A DNA stretch of 64,000 nt from Escherichia phage vB_EcoM_112. The translations under genes and the position numbers were made by a program. Positions 48,318-62,584 of the stretch are shown here, in pieces. The notes beneath the pieces were generated by a model, which was given only the letters and a program-made list of their open reading frames with translations, searched no databases and was not told the DNA's origin. Location of the stretch: sequence record NC_024125.2. The stretch is one strand, 5' to 3'. Positions within the stretch are counted from its first letter, which is position 1. Every line of letters starts with the position of its first letter.

Positions 48318-50300
48318 ATGGCAAATACCCCTGTAAATTATCAATTAACAAGAACAGCAAATGCTATTCCCGAGATATTCGTCGGGGGTACGTTTGCTGA
48401 AATAAAACAAAACCTCATTGAATGGCTTAATGGCCAAAATGAATTTTTGGATTATGATTTTGAAGGCTCAAGATTAAACGTTCTGTGTGACCTTTTGGCT
48501 TATAATACGTTGTACATTCAACAGTTTGGTAATGCTGCTGTGTATGAAAGCTTTATGCGTACTGCTAACTTACGAAGTTCAGTTGTTCAAGCTGCACAAG
48601 ATAACGGATATTTACCTACTTCAAAATCCGCTGCGCAGACCGAAATTATGTTAACATGCACCGACGCATTGAATAGGAATTACATTACTATTCCTCGCGG
48701 AACTCGCTTTTTAGCATATGCAAAAGATACTTCTGTTAATCCATATAACTTCGTTTCTACCGAAGACGTTATTGCTATTCGTGATAAAAATAACCAATAT
48801 TTTCCGCGTTTAAAATTGGCCCAGGGACGTATAGTAAGAACTGAAATCATTTATGATAAATTAACACCTATTATCATTTATGATAAAAATATTGATAGAA
48901 ACCAGGTTAAATTATACGTTGATGGAGCGGAATGGATTAACTGGACGAGAAAGTCAATGGTTCATGCTGGTTCAACATCAACGATTTACTATATGCGTGA
49001 AACTATTGATGGAAACACTGAATTCTATTTTGGTGAAGGTGAAATTTCTGTTAATGCTTCTGAAGGAGCTTTGACCGCTAATTATATCGGAGGTCTTAAA
49101 CCTACTCAGAACTCTACGATTGTTATTGAGTACATCAGTACTAATGGTGCTGACGCGAACGGAGCAGTCGGATTTTCATACGCAGATACATTAACAAATA
49201 TAACTGTCATCAATATTAATGAAAATCCAAACAGTGACCCAGATTTTGTTGGGGCAGATGGAGGCGGTGATCCAGAAGATATTGAGCGTATTCGCGAATT
49301 GGGTACTATTAAACGCGAAACCCAGCAACGATGCGTAACTGCGACTGACTATGATACATTCGTTTCAGAGAGATTCGGTTCTATTATTCAGGCAGTTCAG
49401 ACTTTCACTGATTCTACTAAACCTGGGTATGCATTTATTGCTGCTAAACCTAAATCAGGATTGTATTTAACTACTGTACAACGTGAAGATATTAAAAATT
49501 ATCTCAAAGACTATAATTTAGCTCCTATTACGCCATCAATTATTTCTCCTAATTATCTTTTTATTAAGACTAATTTAAAAGTCACATATGCTTTAAATAA
49601 ACTGCAAGAATCCGAGCAGTGGCTTGAAGGTCAAATAATTGATAAAATTGATCGCTATTATACCGAAGATGTAGAAATTTTTAACTCATCTTTCGCTAAA
49701 TCTAAGATGTTGACATATGTAGATGATGCAGATCATTCTGTCATTGGTTCATCAGCGACTATTCAAATGGTTCGTGAAGTACAAAACTTCTATAAAACGC
49801 CTGAAGCGGGTATTAAATACAATAATCAAATAAAAGATCGTTCTATGGAATCTAATACGTTTTCATTTAATTCTGGACGAAAGGTTGTAAATCCTGATAC
49901 TGGTTTAGAAGAAGATGTATTATATGACGTTCGTATAGTATCAACAGACCGAGATTCTAAAGGAATTGGTAAAGTTATTATTGGTCCATTTGCTTCTGGC
50001 GATGTTACAGAAAATGAAAACATTCAGCCGTATACAGGCAATGATTTTAATAAATTAGCAAATTCTGATGGACGCGACAAATACTATGTTATCGGTGAAA
50101 TAAATTATCCGGCTGACATGATTTATTGGAATATCGCTAAAATTAATTTAACATCTGAAAAATTTGAAGTTCAGACTATTGAATTATATTCTGACCCAAC
50201 CGATGATGTTATCTTTACTCGCGATGGTTCACTGATTGTATTTGAAAATGATTTACGTCCGCAATACTTAACTATCGATTTGGAGCCTATATCACAATGA
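48318..50300 (+). CDS. 6: gp6 baseplate wedge protein
   Basis: 660 aa as in T4 gp6. Confidence 0.9.
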   Translation: MANTPVNYQLTRTANAIPEIFVGGTFAEIKQNLIEWLNGQNEFLDYDFEGSRLNVLCDLLAYNTLYIQQFGNAAVYESFMRTANLRSSVVQAAQDNGYLPTSKSAAQTEIMLTCTDALNRNYITIPRGTRFLAYAKDTSVNPYNFVSTEDVIAIRDKNNQYFPRLKLAQGRIVRTEIIYDKLTPIIIYDKNIDRNQVKLYVDGAEWINWTRKSMVHAGSTSTIYYMRETIDGNTEFYFGEGEISVNASEGALTANYIGGLKPTQNSTIVIEYISTNGADANGAVGFSYADTLTNITVININENPNSDPDFVGADGGGDPEDIERIRELGTIKRETQQRCVTATDYDTFVSERFGSIIQAVQTFTDSTKPGYAFIAAKPKSGLYLTTVQREDIKNYLKDYNLAPITPSIISPNYLFIKTNLKVTYALNKLQESEQWLEGQIIDKIDRYYTEDVEIFNSSFAKSKMLTYVDDADHSVIGSSATIQMVREVQNFYKTPEAGIKYNNQIKDRSMESNTFSFNSGRKVVNPDTGLEEDVLYDVRIVSTDRDSKGIGKVIIGPFASGDVTENENIQPYTGNDFNKLANSDGRDKYYVIGEINYPADMIYWNIAKINLTSEKFEVQTIELYSDPTDDVIFTRDGSLIVFENDLRPQYLTIDLEPISQ

Positions 50301-53300
50301 CAGTAAAAGCACCTTCAGTCACTAGTCTCAGAATTTCCAAGTTATCCGCAAATCAGGTGCAAGTACGCTGGGATGACGTTGGTGCTAATTTCTACTATTT
50401 TGTAGAAATCGCTGAGACAAAAACAGACTCGGGGGAAAATCTCCCGAGCGATCAATATCGTTGGATTAATTTAGGATATACAGCAAACAATAGTTTCTTT
50501 TTTGATGATGCTGATCCACTAACATCATACATCATTAGAGTAGCTACAGCTGCACAAGATTTTGAGCAATCTGATTGGGTTTATACAGAAGAGTTTGAAA
50601 CTTTTGCTACGAATGCTTACACATTTCAAAACATGATTGAAATGCAATTAGCCAATAAATTCATTCAGGAAAAATTTACTCTTAACAATTCTGATTATGT
50701 TAATTTTAATAATGATACTATAATGGCTGCATTGATGAATGAATCGTTCCAATTCAGCCCATCATATGTTGATGTTTCATCAATAAGTAATTTTATTATT
50801 GGTGAAAATGAGTATCATGAAATACAAGGTTCTATTCAGCAGGTATGTAAGGATATTAACCGAGTTTATTTGATGGAATCAGAAGGGATTCTATATCTTT
50901 TTGAGCGCTATCAACCCGTAGTTAAAGTATCTAATGATAAAGGACAAACCTGGAAAGCTGTGAAGCTCTTCAATGACCGTGTAGGATATCCTTTATCTAA
51001 GACAGTATATTACCAATCTGCGAACACAACATACGTTCTAGGATACGACAAGATTTTCTACGGCCGTAAATCTACTGATGTTAGATGGTCAGCCGATGAT
51101 GTCAGATTTAGTTCACAGGATATAACATTCGCTAAACTTGGCGACCAATTACATCTAGGATTTGATGTAGAAATTTTTGCCACTTACGCGACTTTACCAG
51201 CGAATGTATACCGCATTGCAGAAGCTATTACTTGCACCGATGATTACATTTACGTTGTCGCCAGAGACAAAGTTAGATACATAAAAACGAGTAATGCACC
51301 TATAGATTCTGATCCATTATCTCCAACATATTCGGAAAGACTTTTTGAACCTGATACCATGACTATAACCGGAAATCCTAAAGCAGTATGCTATAAAATG
51401 GATTCTATCGGTGATAAAGTTTTTGCTCTTATTATTGGTGAAGTTGAAACATTAAATGCCAATCCGAGAACTTCAAAAATAATTGATTCTGCTGATAAAG
51501 GAATATATGTTTTAAATCATGACGAAAAAACATGGAAAAGAGTTTTCGGTAATACCGAAGAAGAAAGAAGACGTATTCAACCCGGATATGCGAATATGTC
51601 AACTGACGGTAAATTAGTTTCTCTATCTTCGAGTAATTTTAAATTTTTAAGTGATAACATTGTTAATGACCCTGAAACTGTGGTGAAATATCAGTTAATC
51701 GGTGCTGTTAAATATGAATTTCCCCGTGAATGGTTAGCTGATAAGCATTATCATATGATGGCATTTATAGCGGATGAAAAATCTGATTGGGAGACTTTTA
51801 TTCCTCAACCAATGAAATACTACGCAGAACCGTTCTTTAACTGGTCTAAAAAATCTAACACACGCTGTTGGATAAACAACTCTGATAGAGCTGTAGTAGT
51901 TTATGCTGATTTAAAATACACTAAAGTTATAGAAAATATTCCAGAAACATCACCAGATAGATTAGTTCATGAATACTGGGATGATGGTGATTGCACGATA
52001 GTAATGCCAAATGTTAAATTCACTGGATTTAAAAAATATGCGTCTGGGATGCTTTTCTATAAAGCCTCCGGTGAAATAATTTCTTACTATGATTTTAACT
52101 ATCGTGTGAGAGATACAGTAGAAATTATTTGGAAGCCGACTGGAGTATTTTTAAAAGCATTTTTACAAAACCAAGAGCATGAGACTCCTTGGTCACCAGA
52201 AGAAGAGCGTGGATTAGCTGACCCTGATTTAAGACCATTAATTGGCACAATGATGCCTGATTCTTATTTGCTACAGGATTCGAATTTTGAGGCATTTTGC
52301 GAAGCATATATTCAGTATCTTTCTGATGGATATGGAACTCAGTATAACAATTTACGAAATTTAATTCGTAACCAATATCCACGAGAAGAGCATGCATGGG
52401 AATATTTGTGGTCAGAGATATATAAAAGAAACATTTATTTAAATGCTGATAAACGTGATGCTGTTGCGAGATTCTTTGAATCACGTAGCTATGATTTTTA
52501 TTCTACTAAAGGAATTGAAGCATCATACAAATTTCTTTTTAAAGTTCTTTATAATGAAGAAGTTGAAATTGAAATTGAATCTGGGGCTGGTACTGAATAT
52601 GACATAATCGTTCAATCTGATTCTTTGACTGAAGATTTAGTAGGACAAACGATTTATACAGCCACAGGAAGATGTAATGTTACTTATATAGAAAGAAGTT
52701 ATTCTAATGGTAAATTGCAATGGACCGTAACTATTCATAATCTTTTGGGAAGATTAATTGCTGGTCAAGAAGTTAAAGCAGAAAGACTCCCTAGTTTTGA
52801 AGGCGAAATTATTCGTGGAGTTAAAGGAAAGGATTTGCTTCAAAACAATATAGACTATATTAATAGAAGTAGATCATACTATGTAATGAAAATTAAATCC
52901 AATTTACCTTCTTCCCGTTGGAAATCTGACGTTATTCGTTTTGTTCATCCAGTAGGATTTGGATTTATAGCAATTACCCTTTTAACGATGTTTATTAATG
53001 TTGGTTTAACTCTTAAACATACAGAGACTATAATTAATAAATACAAAAACTATAAATGGGATTCTGGATTGCCTACTGAATATGCTGATAGAGTAGCTAA
53101 ATTAACTCCAACCGGTGAAATTGAGCATGATTCAGTAACAGGCGAAGCAATTTATGAGCCTGGCCCAATGGCTGGTGTAGAATATCCTCTTCCTGATGAC
53201 TATAATGCTGAAAATAATAATTCAATATTTCAAGGTCAATTGCCGTCTGAACGACGTAAATTAATGAGTCCTTTATTTGATGCATCTGGAACAACATTTG

Positions 53301-53395
53301 CGCAATTTAGAGATTTAGTTAATAAACGTCTAAAAGATAATATAGGAAATCCAAGAGACCCTGAAAATCCAACACAGGTTAAAATAGATGAATGA
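50297..53395 (+). CDS. 7: gp7 baseplate wedge initiator
   Basis: 1032 aa as in T4 gp7; ATGA-coupled to gp6. Confidence 0.9.
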   Translation: MTVKAPSVTSLRISKLSANQVQVRWDDVGANFYYFVEIAETKTDSGENLPSDQYRWINLGYTANNSFFFDDADPLTSYIIRVATAAQDFEQSDWVYTEEFETFATNAYTFQNMIEMQLANKFIQEKFTLNNSDYVNFNNDTIMAALMNESFQFSPSYVDVSSISNFIIGENEYHEIQGSIQQVCKDINRVYLMESEGILYLFERYQPVVKVSNDKGQTWKAVKLFNDRVGYPLSKTVYYQSANTTYVLGYDKIFYGRKSTDVRWSADDVRFSSQDITFAKLGDQLHLGFDVEIFATYATLPANVYRIAEAITCTDDYIYVVARDKVRYIKTSNAPIDSDPLSPTYSERLFEPDTMTITGNPKAVCYKMDSIGDKVFALIIGEVETLNANPRTSKIIDSADKGIYVLNHDEKTWKRVFGNTEEERRRIQPGYANMSTDGKLVSLSSSNFKFLSDNIVNDPETVVKYQLIGAVKYEFPREWLADKHYHMMAFIADEKSDWETFIPQPMKYYAEPFFNWSKKSNTRCWINNSDRAVVVYADLKYTKVIENIPETSPDRLVHEYWDDGDCTIVMPNVKFTGFKKYASGMLFYKASGEIISYYDFNYRVRDTVEIIWKPTGVFLKAFLQNQEHETPWSPEEERGLADPDLRPLIGTMMPDSYLLQDSNFEAFCEAYIQYLSDGYGTQYNNLRNLIRNQYPREEHAWEYLWSEIYKRNIYLNADKRDAVARFFESRSYDFYSTKGIEASYKFLFKVLYNEEVEIEIESGAGTEYDIIVQSDSLTEDLVGQTIYTATGRCNVTYIERSYSNGKLQWTVTIHNLLGRLIAGQEVKAERLPSFEGEIIRGVKGKDLLQNNIDYINRSRSYYVMKIKSNLPSSRWKSDVIRFVHPVGFGFIAITLLTMFINVGLTLKHTETIINKYKNYKWDSGLPTEYADRVAKLTPTGEIEHDSVTGEAIYEPGPMAGVEYPLPDDYNAENNNSIFQGQLPSERRKLMSPLFDASGTTFAQFRDLVNKRLKDNIGNPRDPENPTQVKIDE

Positions 53396-54392
53396 TTCAA
53401 GTGTTATCTATCGTGCGATAGTTACTTCAAAATTTAGAACAGAAAAAATGTTGAATTTTTATAATTCAATTGGAAGTGGTCCGGATAAAAACACTATCTT
53501 TATCACATTTGGAAGATCAGAACCGTGGTCATCAAATGAAAATGAGGTGGGCTTTGCCCCACCTTATCCAACCGATTCTGTATTAGGCGTAACTGACATG
53601 TGGACGCATATGATGGGAACAGTAAAGGTTCTTCCATCAATGCTTGATGCTGTTATTCCTCGTCGAGATTGGGGAGATACTAGATATCCGGATCCATACA
53701 CATTTAGAATTAACGATATTGTAGTGTGTAACTCAGCTCCTTACAATGCTACTGAATCAGGCGCAGGCTGGTTAGTATATCGTTGTTTAGATGTTCCTGA
53801 TACTGGAATGTGTTCAATAACATCTTTAACTGATAAGGATGAATGCCTCAAATTAGGTGGAAAATGGACACCTTCTGTTAGGTCAATGACTCCTCCTGAA
53901 GGCCGAGGAGATGCTGAAGGAACAATTGAACCTGGAGACGGATATGTTTGGGAATATCTATTTGAGATTCCGCCTGATGTATCTATAAATAGATGCACAA
54001 ATGAATATATCGTGGTTCCTTGGCCTGAGGAATTAAAAGAAGACCCGACTAGATGGGGGTATGAAGATAATCTCACTTGGCAGCAAGATGATTTTGGATT
54101 GATTTACCGAGTTAAGGCAAATACTATCCGTTTTAAAGCATATTTAGATTCAGTTTATTTTCCTGAAGCTGCATTGCCAGGAAATAAAGGATTTAGACAA
54201 ATATCAATAATCACGAATCCTCTTGAAGCTAAAGCTCATCCAAATGACCCAAACGTTAAAGCTGAAAAGGATTATTATGACCCAGAAGATTTAATGAGGC
54301 ATTCGGGCGAAATGATTTATATGGAAAATAGGCCACCTATTATTATGGCAATGGATCAAACAGAAGAAATCAATATTCTGTTTACATTTTAA
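53388..54392 (+). CDS. 8: gp8 baseplate wedge protein
   Basis: 334 aa as in T4 gp8. Confidence 0.9.
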   Translation: MNDSSVIYRAIVTSKFRTEKMLNFYNSIGSGPDKNTIFITFGRSEPWSSNENEVGFAPPYPTDSVLGVTDMWTHMMGTVKVLPSMLDAVIPRRDWGDTRYPDPYTFRINDIVVCNSAPYNATESGAGWLVYRCLDVPDTGMCSITSLTDKDECLKLGGKWTPSVRSMTPPEGRGDAEGTIEPGDGYVWEYLFEIPPDVSINRCTNEYIVVPWPEELKEDPTRWGYEDNLTWQQDDFGLIYRVKANTIRFKAYLDSVYFPEAALPGNKGFRQISIITNPLEAKAHPNDPNVKAEKDYYDPEDLMRHSGEMIYMENRPPIIMAMDQTEEINILFTF

Positions 54393-54397
54393 ATTAA

Positions 54398-54422
54398 GGG
54401 AGCCCATAGGCTCCCTTTTTTC
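54398..54422 (+). terminator. intrinsic terminator after gp8
   Basis: GGGAGCC-CATA-GGCTCCC hairpin followed by TTTTTTCTTT. Confidence 0.65.
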
Positions 54423-54424
54423 TT

Positions 54425-54432
54425 TATAAATA
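54425..54432 (+). promoter_or_regulatory. late promoter (TATAAATA) for gene 9
   Basis: Exact TATAAATA 25 nt upstream of the gp9 ATG. Confidence 0.6.
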
Positions 54433-54456
54433 TTATAAACTCATAAGGAAACCGCT

Positions 54457-55323
54457 ATGTTCATTCAAGAACCAAAGAAATTGATTGATACCGGCGAAAT
54501 TGGTAACGCTTCTACTGGTGATATCTTATTCGACGGTGGTAATAAAATTAATAGTGATTTTAACGCAATTTATAATGCGTTTGGCGATCAGCGTAAAATG
54601 GCAGTAGCAAATGGCACTGGAGCTGATGGTCAAATTATCCATGCTACTGGATATTATCAAAAACACTCTATTGCTGAGTATGCAACTCCAGTAAAAGTTG
54701 GCACTAGACATGATATTGATACCTCTACTGTAGGTGTTAAAGTTATCATTGAAAGAGGAGAACTTGGCGATTGTGTTGAATTCATTAACTCTAATGGATC
54801 AATATCAGTTACTAATCCTTTAACGATTCAGGCTATTGATTCAATTAAAGGTGTTTCAGGTAATTTGGTAGTAACTACTCCATATAGTAAAGTTACTTTA
54901 CGCTGTATTTCATCTGATAATTCTACGTCGGTTTGGAATTATTCTATTGAAAGCATGTTTGGTCAAAAGGAATCACCAGTTGAAGGTACGTGGAATATTT
55001 CTACATCTGGATTAGTTGACATTCCATTGTTTCATCGCACTGAATATAACATGGCTAAATTGTTAGTTACATGCCAGTCAGCAGATGGAAGAAAAATTAA
55101 AACAGCAGAAATAAATATTCTTGTGGATATTGTTAATTCAGAGGTCATTTCTTCTGAATATGCTGTCATGCGAGTTGGGAATGAAACCGAAGAAGACGAA
55201 ATCGCTAATATTGCATTTAGTATTAAAGAAAATTATGTAACGGCGACTATAAGTTCTTCAACTGTCGGTATGAGAGCAGCAGTTAAAGTTATCGCTACGC
55301 AGAAAATCGGGGTGGCTCAATAA
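54457..55323 (+). CDS. 9: gp9 baseplate protein (long tail fibre socket)
   Basis: 288 aa as in T4 gp9. Confidence 0.9.
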   Translation: MFIQEPKKLIDTGEIGNASTGDILFDGGNKINSDFNAIYNAFGDQRKMAVANGTGADGQIIHATGYYQKHSIAEYATPVKVGTRHDIDTSTVGVKVIIERGELGDCVEFINSNGSISVTNPLTIQAIDSIKGVSGNLVVTTPYSKVTLRCISSDNSTSVWNYSIESMFGQKESPVEGTWNISTSGLVDIPLFHRTEYNMAKLLVTCQSADGRKIKTAEINILVDIVNSEVISSEYAVMRVGNETEEDEIANIAFSIKENYVTATISSSTVGMRAAVKVIATQKIGVAQ

Positions 55324-57128
55324 TGAAACAAAATATTAATATCGGTAATGTTGTAGATGATGGTACCGGTGACTACCTGCGTAAAGGTGGTATAAAAATA
55401 AATGAAAACTTTGATGAGCTTTATTACGAGCTTGGTGACGGTGATGTTCCATATTCAGCTGGTGCCTGGAAAACTTATAATGCTTCATCAGGACAAACAT
55501 TAACAGCAGAATGGGGAAAATCATATGCCATTAACACTTCATCTGGAAGAGTAACTCTACAACTTCCTAAAGGAACCGTTAATGATTATAATAAAGTAAT
55601 TAAAGCTAGGGATGTATTTGCAACATGGAATGTTAATCCAGTTACTCTAGTAGCCGCTTCTGGTGATACTATTAAAGGATCATCGTCATCAGTTGAAATT
55701 AATGTTCAATTTAGCGATTTAGAATTAGTTTATTGTGCTCCAGGACGTTGGGAATATGTCAAAAACAAACAAATTGACAAAATTATTAGTTCAGATATTA
55801 GTAATGTAGCACGTAAAGAATTTTTAGTCGAAGTTCAAGGACAAACAGACTTTTTAGATGTTTTCCGTGGAACTAGCTATAATGTTAATAACATCCGAGT
55901 AAAACACCGCGGTAATGAATTATATTATGGCGATGTATTTAGTGAAAACAGTGACTTTGGCTCTCCTGGGGAAAATGAAGGAGAATTGATTCCTCTTGAT
56001 GGATTTAATATTAGGTTAAGACAGCCTTGTAATATTGGTGACACTGTTCAAATTGAAACATTTATGGATGGTGTATCACAATGGAGAAGTTCATATACAA
56101 GACGCCAAATAAAAGTATTAGATTCAAAATTAACGTCAAAAACTTCTTTAGAAGGAAGTATTTACGTTACTGATTTATCAACAATGAAATCAATTCCATT
56201 CTCTGCATTTGGATTAATTCCTGGAGAACCTATTAATCCTAATTCTCTTGAAGTTCGTTTTAATGGAATTTTACAACAACAAGCTGGAACAGCCGGATAT
56301 CCTCTGTTTTTGTGTGAAGGTGCTAATTCAGATACGCAAGCAGGATGTATATCTCTTGGTGGTGAATGGAAAGAATCGAATACAGATTATTCTATAGAAT
56401 ATGAAGATGGAAAACCTGTCAGTCTTTTATTTGATAGAAAATTTGAATCTGGCGATATAATCGTTATAACATGGTTCAATAATGATTTAGGAACTCTTTT
56501 AGAAAAAGATGACATTATTGAATTAACTGATGACCGTTATGTTAGTAAAGGATCATCTACTGAAGTTACTGGTGATGTAGCCTTAACAGATTTTGATAAA
56601 ATCGGTTGGCCAAATGTTGAAAAAGTTGATTCTTATACTAGAACGTATAATTCAATATCATCTATTTTCGACAGCATTTATCCTGTTGGTTCAATTTATG
56701 AAAATGCTATAAATCCAAATAATCCAGTGACTTATATGGGATTTGGTTCATGGAAATTATTTGGTAAAGGGCAGGTTTTAGTAGGATGGAATGATGATGT
56801 TACAGATCCAAACTTTGCATTAAACAATAATGATTTAGATTCTAGCGGAAATCCTTCACATACCGCCGGTGGAACAGTTGGTACAACATCAGTAACGCTT
56901 GAAAACGCAAATCTTCCTGCGACTAAAACTGATGAAAGAGTTTTAATTGAAGACGAAAATGGATCAGTTATTATTGGAGGATGTCAATATGACCCAGACG
57001 AAACTGGTCCTATATATACAAAATATCGTGAAGACTACGCAACAACAAACTCTTCACATACTCCTCCTACTAATATTAGTAATATTCAACCGTCTATTAC
57101 TGTATACCGTTGGATAAGGATTGCATAA
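55323..57128 (+). CDS. 10: gp10 baseplate wedge / short tail fibre attachment
   Basis: 601 aa, T4 gp10-like. Confidence 0.9.
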   Translation: MKQNINIGNVVDDGTGDYLRKGGIKINENFDELYYELGDGDVPYSAGAWKTYNASSGQTLTAEWGKSYAINTSSGRVTLQLPKGTVNDYNKVIKARDVFATWNVNPVTLVAASGDTIKGSSSSVEINVQFSDLELVYCAPGRWEYVKNKQIDKIISSDISNVARKEFLVEVQGQTDFLDVFRGTSYNVNNIRVKHRGNELYYGDVFSENSDFGSPGENEGELIPLDGFNIRLRQPCNIGDTVQIETFMDGVSQWRSSYTRRQIKVLDSKLTSKTSLEGSIYVTDLSTMKSIPFSAFGLIPGEPINPNSLEVRFNGILQQQAGTAGYPLFLCEGANSDTQAGCISLGGEWKESNTDYSIEYEDGKPVSLLFDRKFESGDIIVITWFNNDLGTLLEKDDIIELTDDRYVSKGSSTEVTGDVALTDFDKIGWPNVEKVDSYTRTYNSISSIFDSIYPVGSIYENAINPNNPVTYMGFGSWKLFGKGQVLVGWNDDVTDPNFALNNNDLDSSGNPSHTAGGTVGTTSVTLENANLPATKTDERVLIEDENGSVIIGGCQYDPDETGPIYTKYREDYATTNSSHTPPTNISNIQPSITVYRWIRIA

Positions 57129-57787
57129 TGAGTTTACTTAATAATAAAGCGGGAGTTATTTCCCGCTTAGCAGATTTTCTTGGTTTTAGAACTAAGAAAA
57201 ATGATATTTCGGTTATGAATAATCAGCCGGTAGGCGCTGTAACAATTTCACAAATAGCAAAAGGTTTTTATGACCCAAATGTAGAATCTGCTATCAATGA
57301 TGTTAGAAATATGGCAGAGCAACAGGTTGGAGCTGTATTAATTAATATAAGCGGCGTATCTCCTACTGGAGTGCAACAAACAGACTATTGGTCATTTGAA
57401 GGAACTGTTACTGATACTTCAGCCAAACCAGGTGACCCAGTTATTGTTAACATGTTTGGTATTCCAGTTAAAGCTACTAACGGAATGACTTCAATTGAAT
57501 TTACCAGTGCCGTTAGAATAGCTCTACAGGAAATGGTTGCAAAATTTATTGCAATTGATTCATTTGAAGACCATCCTACTATAGGGAATAAAATACAAGT
57601 TAAGTATTTAGATAACCAAGAACATATCTTAGAGCAATACTCTGATAAAGGAATTACTTTCAAACAAGAAATAATTTCTCCTTCTAAACCTGGATATGGA
57701 ACTTGGCAATTATTAGGTGCGCAAACTGTCACGTTAGATAGTCACACACAACCTACAGTATTTTATTATTTTGAGAGAATAGCATGA
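57128..57787 (+). CDS. 11: gp11 baseplate wedge protein
   Basis: Start at [20 protein letters not shown] overlapping the gp10 stop (TAATG); 219 aa. Confidence 0.85.
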   Translation: MSLLNNKAGVISRLADFLGFRTKKNDISVMNNQPVGAVTISQIAKGFYDPNVESAINDVRNMAEQQVGAVLINISGVSPTGVQQTDYWSFEGTVTDTSAKPGDPVIVNMFGIPVKATNGMTSIEFTSAVRIALQEMVAKFIAIDSFEDHPTIGNKIQVKYLDNQEHILEQYSDKGITFKQEIISPSKPGYGTWQLLGAQTVTLDSHTQPTVFYYFERIA

Positions 57788-59334
57788 GTAATAATACATA
57801 TCAGCACGTATCAAATGAATCAAAATATGTTAAATTCGATCCAGTGGGATCGAATTTTCCTGACACTGTTACGACGGTGCAGTCTGCATTATCAAAAATA
57901 AGTAATATCGGCGTAAATGGTATTCCTGATGCAACTATGGAAGTTAAAGGAATAGCAATGATTGCATCAGAGCAAGAGGTTTTAGATGGAACAAATAATT
58001 CTAAAATCGTTACACCAGCTACATTAGCAACAAGATTATTGTATCCAAATGCTACTGAAACTAAATATGGTTTAACGCGCTATTCAACAAATGAAGAAAC
58101 ATTAGAAGGCTCAGATAATAATTCATCAATAACACCGCAAAAACTGAAATACCATACTGATGATGTGTTCCAAAATAGATATTCGTCTGAGTCATCAAAC
58201 GGGGTTATTAAAATATCATCTACGCCTGCAGCTTTGGCTGGTGTCGATGATACTACGGCGATGACTCCGCTGAAAACCCAAAAACTTGCAATAAAATTAA
58301 TTTCACAAATAGCTCCTTCAGAAGACACTGCAACAGAATCTGTGAGAGGAGTAGTTCAATTATCTACTGTTGCACAAACTCGTCAAGGAACTCTCCGCGA
58401 AGGATATGCAATTTCCCCGTATACCTTTATGAATTCTGTTGCAACACAAGAATATAAGGGTGTTATACGTCTAGGAACACAAGCAGAAATTAATAATAAT
58501 TTGGGGGATGTTGCAGTAACAGGTGAAACACTAAATGGTCGAGGAGCTACCGGTTCTATGCGTGGGGTAGTAAAATTAACGACGCAAGCTGGTATTGCTC
58601 CTGAAGGTGATAGCTCTGGGGCATTAGCCTGGAACGCAGATGTAATTAATACTCGTGGTGGACAAACTATTAATGGTTCTTTAAATTTAGATCATCTCAC
58701 AGCAAATGGAATTTGGTCGCGCGGCGGAATGTGGAAAAATGGCGATCAACCTGTTGCCACTGAAAGATATGCGTCCGAAAGGGTTCCGGTTGGAACTATT
58801 ATGATGTTTGCGGGTGATTCAGCACCTCCAGGTTGGATTATGTGTCATGGTGGAACTGTGTCAGGAGATCAATATCCTGATTATAGAAACACAGTTGGAA
58901 CAAGATTTGGTGGGGATTGGAATAATCCAGGGATTCCTGATATGCGAGGTCTTTTCGTCAGAGGAGCGGGCACAGGTGGTCATATTTTAAATCAACGAGG
59001 ACAAGATGGTTATGGGAAGGATAGACTTGGTGTAGGATGTGATGGAATGCATGTTGGTGGTGTTCAAGCGCAACAAATGTCATACCATAAACATGCTGGT
59101 GGTTGGGGAGAATATAACAGAAGTGAAGGTCCATTTGGCGCGTCTGTTTATCAAGGATATCTTGGAACTAGAAAATATGCCGACTGGGATAACGCTTCAT
59201 ACTTCACCAATGATGGATTTGAATTAGGTGGACCGAGAGATGCCCTTGGTACACTTAATCGTGAAGGATTAATTGGTTATGAAACTAGACCATGGAATAT
59301 ATCATTAAACTATATTATTAAAATTCATTACTAA
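57784..59334 (+). CDS. 12: gp12 short tail fibre
   Basis: 516 aa; repetitive Gly/Thr-rich shaft and C-terminal receptor-binding region. Confidence 0.9.
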   Translation: MSNNTYQHVSNESKYVKFDPVGSNFPDTVTTVQSALSKISNIGVNGIPDATMEVKGIAMIASEQEVLDGTNNSKIVTPATLATRLLYPNATETKYGLTRYSTNEETLEGSDNNSSITPQKLKYHTDDVFQNRYSSESSNGVIKISSTPAALAGVDDTTAMTPLKTQKLAIKLISQIAPSEDTATESVRGVVQLSTVAQTRQGTLREGYAISPYTFMNSVATQEYKGVIRLGTQAEINNNLGDVAVTGETLNGRGATGSMRGVVKLTTQAGIAPEGDSSGALAWNADVINTRGGQTINGSLNLDHLTANGIWSRGGMWKNGDQPVATERYASERVPVGTIMMFAGDSAPPGWIMCHGGTVSGDQYPDYRNTVGTRFGGDWNNPGIPDMRGLFVRGAGTGGHILNQRGQDGYGKDRLGVGCDGMHVGGVQAQQMSYHKHAGGWGEYNRSEGPFGASVYQGYLGTRKYADWDNASYFTNDGFELGGPRDALGTLNREGLIGYETRPWNISLNYIIKIHY

Positions 59335-59343
59335 GGATTACAA

Positions 59344-60801
59344 ATGATTGAATTAAAAGATTTACCTTTTGTTGATAGCGTTCCTGGCGAAGGTCAGGAA
59401 CGTATTTCATGGATTAAAAATGGTGAAGAAATACTAGGAGCTAGTACTAAGTATGGAAACGATGGATCAATGAATAGACCAACTGTTTCCGTGTTTAAAA
59501 ATGTCGAAGTTCTTGATGAAAATGTGGGAATTCTTAAAACTGCCGTTGAAACATCGCAGGAAGATATTAAAACAATTCAAGGCATTTTAGATGTATCAGG
59601 AGATATAGAAGCACTATCGCAGATCAGCGTTAATAAAAATGATATATCAAATTTAAAGACACTCACAAATGAACACACTGATATATTAAATGGTACAAAT
59701 ACCACAGTTGACCGCATTCTTTCTGATATAGGTCCATTTAATGAGCAAGCAAATTCAGTTTATAGAACGATTAGAAATGATTTGCTGTGGATTAAAAGGG
59801 AATTAGGGCAATATGCTGGGCAAGATATTAATGGTCTTCCTGTTGTAGGAAATAACAGCACGGGAATGAAGCACCGCATCATTAATAATACAGATGCTAT
59901 AACTTCCCAAGGAATACGTCTAAGTGATTTGGAAGAAAAATTTATTGAATCTGATGTAGGTTCGCTTACAATCGAAGTAGGAAATCTTAGACAGGAATTA
60001 GGACAAAGACCATCTTCATTTAGTGAAAGCATATATTCGCGTGTGCATAATTTAGATCAAGCACAAATTGATCTAAATTCTGAAATTAAATTTATAAAAA
60101 CTTCTATTGGATATCCAGGAAATACTTCTATAATCACAGATGTCAATGTCAATAGTCAAGAAATTTCAGCTTTAAATGATGAACTAAATAAAAGCGGAGG
60201 TGTTAAACAACGATTAACTATTATTGAAACATCGATTGGTTCAGATGATATTCCTTCTAGTATTAAAGGTCGAATTAAAGATAATACTACTTCTATTGAA
60301 TCTTTAAATGGAATTGTAGGTGAAAACACCTCGTCTGGTTTAAGAGCCAATGTTTCATGGTTAAACCAAATTGTTGGAACTGATTCTAGCGGTGGACAAC
60401 CTTCTCCTCCTGGGTCTCTTTTAAATAGAATTTCAACAGTTGAAACTTCCGTTAATAGATTGAACAATGATGTTCAAAACTTACAAGTTGAAATTGGTAA
60501 TAACAATTCCGGAATTAAAGGACAAGTTGTAGCATTAAATAAATTAGTAAATGGAACAAATCCAAATGGTTCAACTGTCGAAGAACGCGGATTGACTAAT
60601 TCAATAAAAGCTAATGAGACTAACATTGCTTCAATTAATCAAGAGATTCGTAGCATTAAAAGCGATGTATCTTCATTACAAAGGGATGTCCAGACTTTAC
60701 AGGAAGCCGGTTATATTCCTGAAGCTCCAAGAGATGGGCAAGCTTACGTTCGTAAAGACGGCGAATGGGTATTGCTTTCTACCTTTTTATCACCAGCATA
60801 A
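59344..60801 (+). CDS. wac: fibritin (whisker antigen control)
   Basis: 485 aa coiled coil ending in a foldon-like [27 protein letters not shown]. Confidence 0.9.
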   Translation: MIELKDLPFVDSVPGEGQERISWIKNGEEILGASTKYGNDGSMNRPTVSVFKNVEVLDENVGILKTAVETSQEDIKTIQGILDVSGDIEALSQISVNKNDISNLKTLTNEHTDILNGTNTTVDRILSDIGPFNEQANSVYRTIRNDLLWIKRELGQYAGQDINGLPVVGNNSTGMKHRIINNTDAITSQGIRLSDLEEKFIESDVGSLTIEVGNLRQELGQRPSSFSESIYSRVHNLDQAQIDLNSEIKFIKTSIGYPGNTSIITDVNVNSQEISALNDELNKSGGVKQRLTIIETSIGSDDIPSSIKGRIKDNTTSIESLNGIVGENTSSGLRANVSWLNQIVGTDSSGGQPSPPGSLLNRISTVETSVNRLNNDVQNLQVEIGNNNSGIKGQVVALNKLVNGTNPNGSTVEERGLTNSIKANETNIASINQEIRSIKSDVSSLQRDVQTLQEAGYIPEAPRDGQAYVRKDGEWVLLSTFLSPA

Positions 60802-60804
60802 CAT

Positions 60805-60820
60805 GGGGCCGCAAGGCCCC
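60805..60820 (+). other. RNA hairpin (GNRA tetraloop) after wac
   Basis: GGGGCC-GCAA-GGCCCC; no U-tract, so probably a processing or stability element rather than a terminator. Confidence 0.4.
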
Positions 60821-60832
60821 AAAGGATTTTAA

Positions 60833-62534
<1,702 letters not shown>

Positions 62535-62541
62535 TAAATAT

Positions 62542-62549
62542 TATAAATA
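62542..62549 (+). promoter_or_regulatory. late promoter (TATAAATA) for gene 15
   Basis: TATAAATA within an A/T-rich run about 35 nt upstream of the gp15 ATG. Confidence 0.55.
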
Positions 62550-62584
62550 TTATAAACTAATTAAAGCCCAGATTAGGAGAAATC